A DNA stretch of 64,000 nt from Candidatus Eiseniibacteriota bacterium (lineage in GTDB: Bacteria > Eisenbacteria > RBG-16-71-46 > CAIMUX01 > VGJL01). Location: NCBI GenBank assembly GCA_041946735.1, contig JBHGAY010000018.1, positions 1 to 64,000 on the forward strand, in the 5' to 3' direction. The notes beneath the pieces were generated by a model that worked only from the letters and a program-made list of their open reading frames with translations, had not been told where the DNA came from and did not search any database. Position numbers and translations under genes: made by a program. Positions 1 to 6,886 of this stretch are shown here, one piece after another (within the stretch, counting starts at the first letter, position 1; every line of letters begins with the position of its first letter).

Positions 1-59
1 CCCCCAGCGTCAGGCCTCCCGTCGTGCCCATGCACAACCCTAAGTAGAAGGGAGATCGT

Positions 60-527
60 ATGTTGAAGCAGAAGGAGTTCAGCGTCAGCGACCTAGCAGA
101 GCTCCTCGAGATGGATCGGCGCACCGTTCTGCGCCGGATTCATGCGGTGAAACCGACCCGGACGCACGGCCGCACCCGGCTCTGGACGCTCCCCCCGATC
201 CTGCAAGCGATCTACGGCGGATCGGGCGATCCCCGCGCCCGGCTGGCGGAGGCGCGGGCGCGGAAGGTGGAGATCGAGGTGGAGCAGCTCGAGGAGCGCC
301 TGGTCGATGCCCACGCGGTGGCGCGCCGGGTGGAGGAGCTCGGCCGCCGGCTGCAACGGCGTCTCCTCGAGATCCCCGCGCGTGTGGCGCCGCAGATCGC
401 CGGCATGAGCGACGTCGGAGCGATCGAGAGGCTGCTGCGAGACGAAATCACGCGCGTGCTGAATGAGCACTGCGCCGACGACTTCTTCGATTCGCCGGCT
501 CGTGAGAAGAAGGAGGCTACCCGATGA
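60..527 (+). CDS. Terminase small subunit-like protein (lambda Nu1/DUF1441-like)
   Basis: N-terminal wHTH (FSVSDLAELLEMDRRTV), coiled-coil RARLAEARARKVEIEVEQLEERLV, then LLEIPARVAPQI; RBS-like AAGGGAG upstream. Confidence 0.75.
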   Translation: MLKQKEFSVSDLAELLEMDRRTVLRRIHAVKPTRTHGRTRLWTLPPILQAIYGGSGDPRARLAEARARKVEIEVEQLEERLVDAHAVARRVEELGRRLQRRLLEIPARVAPQIAGMSDVGAIERLLRDEITRVLNEHCADDFFDSPAREKKEATR

Positions 528-919
528 TCGAGAACCCGACCCCAACGCCGGCGATGCCGACCCGCGCGCCGCTGGTCTGCCCGTCCTGCCAGAACCAGCC
601 GCACCATGAGCTCGACCCGGGCGGCGTGAGCTTCTACTGCCCGCACGTCGCGGGCGGCGTGTGGGCGATCCGGCTTCCGAACGGGAAGTGGAACGTCGTC
701 ACGGGTCTCTCGATCGAGAGGTACAACCGGATGGTCGGCGCGACTGCGCGCGCAGCGTCGCTGCTGACCGCCGCGCAGATCGCAGCGGCGAAGATGGTGG
801 ATCGCGTGGAGGCCGAGCAGCTCGTGCGCAACGCGAAGCGGGTGGCGGTGGCGATCCGGGATCGTGCTCTTCTCGGCCTTGACACGAAGGACGATCAGCG
901 CGAAGGTGAATCGAGTTGA
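524..919 (+). CDS. Hypothetical protein with putative Zn-binding motif (CPSC...CPH)
   Basis: ATGA overlap with terS stop, AAGGAGG RBS upstream, Cys/His cluster in the N-terminal half. Confidence 0.65.
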   Translation: MIENPTPTPAMPTRAPLVCPSCQNQPHHELDPGGVSFYCPHVAGGVWAIRLPNGKWNVVTGLSIERYNRMVGATARAASLLTAAQIAAAKMVDRVEAEQLVRNAKRVAVAIRDRALLGLDTKDDQREGESS

Positions 920-1125
920 CGCCCCGACGCGCGGAACGCGAAGAGGCGCAACGCAGATCTGAACCGCAGTCCAACCGCCGTGGAACGGCGGCCATGAGAC
1001 GCGAGGGGCAGGAACCCCAAGCGCCCGGACGACGCGGGAACGAGAGGAGCACGCAGGTGCTCTCCGATCCTGTCTCGCCCGGGCGCTCTGCTTTTTGCCC
1101 GGCGAGACGCCAGAAGGAGGCGTCT

Positions 1126-2979
1126 ATGCCACCGCTAGGATCCGTGATCGGCCAGCGTGAGCGCCGGACGATCCACCTACTCGGGGAGCGGGTTGACGCG
1201 AAGCAGCGCACCGTCCCCGCATCTCTCTCGAGCGAGAATCCGGTGCTCCGTTTCTGGGGCCGGGAGATCCTCTCTCACGCGCCCGGCGCCGTCGACCTCA
1301 GCCGGGCGACTCCATCGCTCCCCCTGCTCGCCTCTCACAACGCCGACGAGCTCCCCCCGATCGGTCGCGTGGAGAACGTCCACCTCGACGGCAAGAAGCT
1401 CCGCGGCGTGCTCCGCTTCGCGCGGACGGCCCGCGGCGACGAGCTGCTCCAGGCGGTCGAGGACGGCGATCTGAGGAGCCTCTCGATCGGCTACAGCATC
1501 GACGAGGTGGAGCAGGCGGAGAAGGGCGCGGACGGCATCCCTACGTTTCGGGTGACGAAGTGGACACTACTCGAGGCGAGTCTCGCGAATGTCCCGGCTG
1601 ATGCGTCAGTCGGCATCGGCCGCTCGCTCGCAGGAGGAAAGAAGACCATGAAGCTCAAGCACGGACAGAACCAGGAGCCGGCCGGCAACGTCTCGGTCGG
1701 CGAGGACGGGGCGGTGAGGAAGGAGCGCCACCGGGTCGAGGAGATTCTCTCGATCGGTGAGAAGTGGAACTGCCGCGAGCTCGCGCAGCAGTACATCTCC
1801 GAAGGCAAGCCCCTCGACGCGTTCCGCAAGGCCCTCGTGGACGAGCTCGGCACGCGCCAGGCGCCGTTGAACCCCGACGTGCCGTTCTCGAGCGGGACGC
1901 CCGATGCGAGCCTCGACGGAGGCATCGGGCTCTCGAGCCGCGACTTCCGCCGCTACTCCCTCTTCGGTGCGATCAGCGCGCTCATCAACGGCGACCGGCG
2001 AAGCGCGGGGTACGAGTTCGAAATCTCGCAGGCCCTCGAGCGGGCCTCGAATCGTCGGAGCGAAGGACTCATCGTGCCGCTTGGAGTTTTCGCTTCGCGC
2101 GTGTCGCCGCAGAGGCAGGTTCGCCAGATCACAACGACGACGGGCGCGGCGCTCGTGGGCACCGACCACATGGACAGCGAGTTCGTCGACGTCCTGCGCG
2201 CTGCTTCCGTCGTCGCCGCCGCTGGAGCGCGGACGCTCACGGGGTTGCGTGGCAATGTCTCGATCCCGCGAAAGACCGAGGCCGGCGCGCTTCTGTGGCT
2301 GGACGAAGACGATGCGGCCTCTGAAGACAATAGCGTGTACGACGCGGTCACGATGACGCCTCACACAGTTTCGGGACTTCAACATTGGACGCGGCGGACG
2401 ATGTTGCAGACCAGCCCGGCGATCGAAGATCTGTGCAGGCAGGACTTGCTCGACAGTGTCGCGGGCGAGATCGACAGAGTCGCGCTCAACGGGCTGACCG
2501 CCAACAAGGAGCCGGTCGGCGTGTTGAACACCGGCGGCATCGGCGACGTGACGACGGGCGGAGCGCTGACCTGGCAGGCGGTCACCGAGCTGATCGGCGA
2601 CGTCGCAAGCGCGAACGCCTTGACCGACTCGTGCGCGTTCATCTGCTCGCCGGGCGTCTATGCCGCGGCGCTGCGCACTCCAAAGGACCCGGGCAGCGGC
2701 GCCTTCATTTGGGATGCGCAGAACAAGATCGGTCCGCACCAGGCGTTCGTGACGTCTCATGTGCCGTCGACGCTCGGCGCGGGCACCCTCAGCGCCCTGA
2801 TCTTCGGCGCCTGGGATTCGCTTCTGATCGGCTTCTGGTCCCAAGCGGAGATCCTTGTCGATCCATTTACCGGATTCACACAAGGCAGGGTGCGGGTGCG
2901 CTGCATGCTCGATTGCGACGTGGCGATCAGGCACGCGGACGCCTTCTCCGCGGCGCAGGACATCGACCCGACCGCGTAG
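1126..2979 (+). CDS. HK97-family prohead protease fused to major capsid protein (617 aa)
   Basis: Protease motifs LLASHN, LRSLSIGY, EASLANVPAD; HK97 capsid motifs GLRGNVSIPRKT, IDRVALNG..EPVGVLNT, IFGAW, DVAIRH; AAGGAGG RBS at 1114-1120 supports ATG 1126 over the ORF-track start at 916. Confidence 0.9.
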   Translation: MPPLGSVIGQRERRTIHLLGERVDAKQRTVPASLSSENPVLRFWGREILSHAPGAVDLSRATPSLPLLASHNADELPPIGRVENVHLDGKKLRGVLRFARTARGDELLQAVEDGDLRSLSIGYSIDEVEQAEKGADGIPTFRVTKWTLLEASLANVPADASVGIGRSLAGGKKTMKLKHGQNQEPAGNVSVGEDGAVRKERHRVEEILSIGEKWNCRELAQQYISEGKPLDAFRKALVDELGTRQAPLNPDVPFSSGTPDASLDGGIGLSSRDFRRYSLFGAISALINGDRRSAGYEFEISQALERASNRRSEGLIVPLGVFASRVSPQRQVRQITTTTGAALVGTDHMDSEFVDVLRAASVVAAAGARTLTGLRGNVSIPRKTEAGALLWLDEDDAASEDNSVYDAVTMTPHTVSGLQHWTRRTMLQTSPAIEDLCRQDLLDSVAGEIDRVALNGLTANKEPVGVLNTGGIGDVTTGGALTWQAVTELIGDVASANALTDSCAFICSPGVYAAALRTPKDPGSGAFIWDAQNKIGPHQAFVTSHVPSTLGAGTLSALIFGAWDSLLIGFWSQAEILVDPFTGFTQGRVRVRCMLDCDVAIRHADAFSAAQDIDPTA

Positions 2980-3033
2980 CAACGACGCGGGGCCCCGCGG
3001 CGGGCTCCCCCCGGTGGTATCCCAGTCCCACCG

Positions 3034-3426
3034 GTGCCGCTCGCGCGGACCCCAAGCTGGGTGCCCGACATTCTCGAGAGAGAAGATCCTCCTCCTCGAT
3101 CGGTCGGACCCCGGCACCCTCGGGATCCCGGGCGGTGCGATGGCTCTCGCCGCCCGGCCCCGGGGGTAGCAGATCAGGAGCGGCGGCGTGCGGAGGCTAT
3201 CGCGGTGCTCACTTCCCGTCGACGCATCGGCCGCCGCCACGCTCCTCTCCTCCTCGAGCACCAGGTGCACTTCCAGCACGATTCGCAGCAGATCGACCTC
3301 CTCGAGCGGATCGGCGCCGAGAACCGACGCGCTACGGAGCCGTCTGCCGGGCGATCGCAGGCGCTAGGTGCGCGGGCCAGGACCCCCCGGAGAAAACGCC
3401 GTGTGCGTGCGCGCGTGCGGTCGTAG
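3034..3426 (+). CDS. Hypothetical protein (element accessory gene; start uncertain)
   Basis: Fills the gap between capsid and HTH genes on the same strand; no recognisable motif. Confidence 0.35.
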   Translation: MPLARTPSWVPDILEREDPPPRSVGPRHPRDPGRCDGSRRPAPGVADQERRRAEAIAVLTSRRRIGRRHAPLLLEHQVHFQHDSQQIDLLERIGAENRRATEPSAGRSQALGARARTPRRKRRVRARVRS

Positions 3427-3435
3427 CATGCACTC

Positions 3436-3645
3436 GTGACCGACACCCCACCGCAACGCCGCTATCTCCGCGCGCGCGAAGTGGCCGCTCGCATCCGCGT
3501 GAGTGCCGCCACGCTCCGACGCTGGCGAGCAACCGAGCACGCCGGGCCGGACTGGTCGCGCATCGGCGGCAGGATCCTCTACCGCTCCGACTGGCTCGAG
3601 GAGTGGGAAGCGAAGCGGATCCGACGCGCAGCGCCGCGGGCGTGA
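3436..3645 (+). CDS. AlpA/excisionase-like HTH protein (HTH_17 type)
   Basis: YLRAREVAARIRVSAATLRRWR...GP...IGGRILYRSDWLEEW is the typical pattern. Confidence 0.85.
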   Translation: MTDTPPQRRYLRAREVAARIRVSAATLRRWRATEHAGPDWSRIGGRILYRSDWLEEWEAKRIRRAAPRA

Positions 3646-3756
3646 CGCATCGCCGGCGCGTCTCATCTCGAGGCGTGAGAAACCACCTTCACCACGGCGA
3701 GAAGACGGCCGCTCCCGAGAACCCCGCTCTGCTAGCCGCCACGCTATCCATGCCGT

Positions 3757-3789
3757 AAAAAGAGATCCCGCTCGGCTAGCGAGCGGGAC
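3757..3789 (-). terminator. Rho-independent terminator downstream of tRNA-Ala
   Basis: Minus strand TCCCGCTCG-CTAGC-CGAGCGGGA stem-loop followed by TCTCTTTTT. Confidence 0.7.
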
Positions 3790-3810
3790 CTAAGTTGTTG
3801 TCTCTCAATG

Positions 3811-3883
3811 TGGAGCTGATCGGGATCGAACCGACGACCTCATGACTGCCAGTCATGCGCTCTCCCAACTGAGCTACAGCCCC
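3811..3883 (-). tRNA. tRNA-Ala(GGC), CCA not encoded
   Basis: GGGGCTGTAGCTCAGTTGGGAGAGCGCATGACT-GGC-AGTCATGAGGTCGTCGGTTCGATCCCGATCAGCTCCA; G3:U70 pair present. Confidence 0.97.
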
Positions 3884-3917
3884 GAACGATCCGCGCAGGG
3901 CGCAAGACCTGGAACGG

Positions 3918-3947
3918 ATCGTATCGGCCGGGATCGCGGGGCGTCAA
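3918..3947 (-). promoter_or_regulatory. Sigma70-like promoter for tRNA-Ala
   Basis: TTGACG-18 nt-TACGAT on the minus strand. Confidence 0.6.
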
Positions 3948-4004
3948 CCGAAAAGCCGCTTGCCTAGCGCGCCGGGGCGGCGTGTATCCTGTCCTGCGCA
4001 ACGC

Positions 4005-4091
4005 GCCGGAGTGGTGAAACTGGCAGACACGCGGGACTCAAAATTCCGTGAGGGCAACCTCGTGTGGGTTCAAATCCCACCTCCGGCACCA
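4005..4091 (+). tRNA. tRNA-Leu(CAA)
   Basis: GCCGGAGTGGTGAAACTGGCAGACACGCGGGACT-CAA-AATTCCG, long variable arm, GGTTCAAATCCC, 3' CCA. Confidence 0.96.
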
Positions 4092-4204
4092 TCGCTTCCA
4101 CCGCCCCGTCCCGGCCGACTGTCTCGCCCGGCCTGCTCTCTCGCTCGCCCGCGGCATGTGTTAGGCTGCCACGGGCGCCGTGCTCGCCTGGAGGAAAGAG
4201 CCTT

Positions 4205-5200
4205 TTGCAGGATCTCGGGCTGTGGATCGGCTTTTGCGTGGGAGCGACCACGCTGTTGGCCCTCGATCTCGCCGTCGTCAACCGGAAGGCGCACGTCGTC
4301 CGTCCTCGCGAAGCGGCGATCTGGAGCGCCGTCTGGGTTGGATGCGCCCTGCTCTTCAACCTCGGGATCCTGGTCTTCGACGGTCCCAAGCGCGGCCTCG
4401 AGTTCCTGACCGGCTACCTGATCGAGCTGTCCCTCTCAGTCGACAACATCTTCGTCTTCGTCCTGATCTTCACCTACTTCCGCGTCCCTCCCGCCTTCCA
4501 GCACCGGGTGCTCTTCTGGGGGATCGTGGGGGCGGTCCTGCTTCGCGGCGCGTTCATCGCCGGCGGGATCGTCCTGCTTCACTACTTCCACTGGCTCGTC
4601 TACATCCTCGGCGCGATGCTCGTCTACGGCGGACTGCAGCTCTTCCGCAAGCAGGAGAACGCCGGGGTCGACCCCGGCAAGAACCGCCTCGTGCGCGTCT
4701 TCCGCCGGTTCGTTCCGATCCTTCCCGAATACGACGGAGCCCGTTTCTTCGTGCGGCGCGACGCCCGCCTGCTCGCGACTCCGCTGATGGTCGTCCTGCT
4801 CGTCGTCGAGACGACCGACATCGTCTTCGCGCTCGATTCGATTCCCGCGATCCTGGCGATCACCCGCGATCCGTTCCTCGTCTTCACCTCGAACATCTGC
4901 GCAATCCTGGGGCTGCGTTCGCTCTACTTCCTCTTCGCGCATCTCGTGAACCGGCTGCGGTTCCTCCATTACGGACTGGCGGCCGTCCTCTGCTTCGTCG
5001 GCCTGAAGATGATCACCTCCCGCTGGATCGAGGTGCCGATCGGCATCTCCCTCGGGGTCGTCGGCGCGGTCCTCGCAACGTCGGTCCTCGCCTCGCTCCT
5101 CGGCAGCCGCGAGGCGGACGTCGCCGGGCTGCCGGGCGATGTGGAAGCAGACCGTGTCGCCGCGCTCCCGGGCGAAGTGGAAGCGGACCGTCAGGAATGA
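4205..5200 (+). CDS. TerC/Alx family membrane protein
   Basis: EFLTGYLIELSLSVDNIFVF, QHRVLFWGIVGA, ETTDIVFALDSIPAI, FTSNICAILGLRSLYF; TTG start after a GGAGG RBS. Confidence 0.92.
   Translation: MQDLGLWIGFCVGATTLLALDLAVVNRKAHVVRPREAAIWSAVWVGCALLFNLGILVFDGPKRGLEFLTGYLIELSLSVDNIFVFVLIFTYFRVPPAFQHRVLFWGIVGAVLLRGAFIAGGIVLLHYFHWLVYILGAMLVYGGLQLFRKQENAGVDPGKNRLVRVFRRFVPILPEYDGARFFVRRDARLLATPLMVVLLVVETTDIVFALDSIPAILAITRDPFLVFTSNICAILGLRSLYFLFAHLVNRLRFLHYGLAAVLCFVGLKMITSRWIEVPIGISLGVVGAVLATSVLASLLGSREADVAGLPGDVEADRVAALPGEVEADRQE
5120..5191 (+). repeat. Imperfect 36-bp tandem duplication in the TerC C-terminal tail
   Basis: Encodes VAGLPGDVEADR / VAALPGEVEADR. Confidence 0.8.
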
Positions 5201-6087
5201 GCCCTCCCGGCGCACGCTGGTCGGAATCGGTCCCGCTCGCGCCGCTGACCACATGGAGAATCGGAGGACCGGCGCGCGCTCTCGCCGAGCCCTCGACGCC
5301 CGAGGAGGCGGCCGAGGCCCGGCGCGCGGCGGATCTGCGCGGCTGGCCGGTCTGGATCCTGGGAGGCGGCAGCAACGTGCTCGTCGCCGATCAGGGGTTT
5401 CCCGGCCTCGTGATCCGCTATGCCGACCGCCGCCGCGCCATCGAAACGCGCGGCGAGGAGGCGCTCGTGCAGGTGGGATCGCGCGCCCCCCTCGCCGGCC
5501 TCGCTCGCGCCACCGCTCGCGCCGGCTTGCGCGGCCTTCAGTGGGCCGAAGGAATTCCCGGGACGGTCGGAGGCGCGATCGTCGGCAACGCGGGAGCCTA
5601 TGGCGGGGAGATCGCGGAAGCGCTCGCGGAGGTGACGATCGTCACGCCGGACGGCCGCATCGAACAGCGCGACGCGGCCTGGCTCGCGTATGGGTATCGC
5701 ACGTCACGGTTGAAGTCGCTGGACCCCTCCTCTCTCGTCGTCAGCGCCCGGTTCCGCCTCACGCGCGACGACCCGGCGGCACTGGCGGCCGAGGTCTCCC
5801 GCATCGGCGCGGAGCGGCGCGCTCGCACCCCGGTCGGAGCCAGCTGCGGCTCGGTGTTTCGCAACCCTCCGGGGACGAGCGCAGGACGGCTGATCGATCT
5901 GGCGGGATGCAAGGGACTGCGGCGCGGCGGCGCCGTCGTGAGCGAGCTTCACGCGAACTACATCCTCAACACAGGCGGAGCCACGGCGCGCGACGTTCGA
6001 GAGCTGATCGAGGAGATCCGCGCCCGCGTCGGGGCCGCCTTCGGCATCACGCTCGAGCTCGAGATCCGCACGATCGGCTTCTCCTGA
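5197..6087 (+). CDS. murB: UDP-N-acetylenolpyruvoylglucosamine reductase
   Basis: TTWRIGGPA, ILGGGSNVLV, GIPGTVGGAIVGNAGAYG, SCGSVFRNP, HANYILN, LELEI; ATGA overlap with the TerC gene. Confidence 0.95.
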   Translation: MSPPGARWSESVPLAPLTTWRIGGPARALAEPSTPEEAAEARRAADLRGWPVWILGGGSNVLVADQGFPGLVIRYADRRRAIETRGEEALVQVGSRAPLAGLARATARAGLRGLQWAEGIPGTVGGAIVGNAGAYGGEIAEALAEVTIVTPDGRIEQRDAAWLAYGYRTSRLKSLDPSSLVVSARFRLTRDDPAALAAEVSRIGAERRARTPVGASCGSVFRNPPGTSAGRLIDLAGCKGLRRGGAVVSELHANYILNTGGATARDVRELIEEIRARVGAAFGITLELEIRTIGFS

Positions 6088-6227
6088 GCCCGTCCGCTAC
6101 CCCAGGCGCACTTTTGACCATGGGAACGTGGAACGGGAAGGGAGCAGCCTCTCTCTTCCCGTTCCACACGCACGCCCTGCAAACGTCTTGTTCGCCGGGG
6201 ATGGGGTGTCCGGCCCGTCCTGGCGCG

Positions 6228-6617
6228 CTACCGATAGATGGCGCGGACCTGTCCCCAGGTGGTCGACTCGGTCGCGGTCTCCGCCTCGACCTCGATCTCT
6301 CCCTCCATCATCGGGCAGTGCAAGGAGCAGAAGTAGTAGTAGTCCCCGGCGCCGCTGGCGACCCACACGAACGTATCGCCCTGATTCAACGTTCCGGAAT
6401 CCCAGAGGCCGTCGCTCGTGCAGTCGACGCCGCTGGTCGAGGTGTGGGGAATCGCGTCGAGATTCGTCCAACGGACACTGTCACCGGGCGCGATCGTCAG
6501 CGTCGAAGGGTTGAACGCGAAGTTCTGAATCTGAACGTCGTAGACGTCGGCATGGGCAAAGCCGGCCACGAGGGCCGACGCGGCCAGCGCCGCGAGCACG
6601 AGGAGCGATCTCTTCAT
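6228..6617 (-). CDS. Secreted cupredoxin (plastocyanin/amicyanin-like) with C-terminal TWGQVRAIYR tail
   Basis: Signal peptide; FAFNPSTLTIAPGDSVRWTN, H..., YFCSLH..MMEG type-1 copper ligands; AAGGAGG RBS. Confidence 0.85.
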   Translation of the reverse strand: MKRSLLVLAALAASALVAGFAHADVYDVQIQNFAFNPSTLTIAPGDSVRWTNLDAIPHTSTSGVDCTSDGLWDSGTLNQGDTFVWVASGAGDYYYFCSLHCPMMEGEIEVEAETATESTTWGQVRAIYR

Positions 6618-6886
6618 CGAAGCCTCCTTCACTGAAGCATGAGATGGGAAAAGTGAAACTCACGGGCGCACCTCCACGCTAGCAGCGTCGCGGCCGGGAC
6701 GGAACCGATACGGATGAGCGCCGGCTCAAGAATGAGACCGTGGCGACGCGGCCGCCGCCGCGGCGTTCGCCGAACAAGTCGCGGGCGCGCGATGCGAGCG
6801 CGGTTCGGGCGCGCCGAGCGCGCGCTGCGGCGGCGTCCACCGGATGCGAACGGAGGTCCTCCAGCGATCAGCGCGACGGCGGTCGG

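Larger units (their letters stand above)
1..3810. mobile_element. Right end of an integrated phage-satellite-like element or prophage remnant at the 3' end of tRNA-Ala(GGC); left part lies outside the window
   Basis: Co-oriented TerS-like, protease-capsid and HTH genes end ~165 bp from the tRNA 3' end; host housekeeping genes resume on the other side of the tRNA. Confidence 0.8.

Noticed and set aside
916..1125. 70-aa N-terminal extension of the protease-capsid ORF
   Set aside because: Low-complexity Arg-rich sequence; the strong SD supports ATG 1126.
1070..4131. 13-bp match CTGTCTCGCCCGG at 1070 and 4119 as att repeats
   Set aside because: The match is short and GC-rich, lies inside the element and beyond both tRNAs, and does not fit tRNA-Ala integration geometry.
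4092..4204. yybP-ykoY Mn riboswitch upstream of the TerC/Alx gene
   Set aside because: I could not see the conserved GGGGAGUA / GAGACC elements, and the leader is short; an Rfam scan would settle it.
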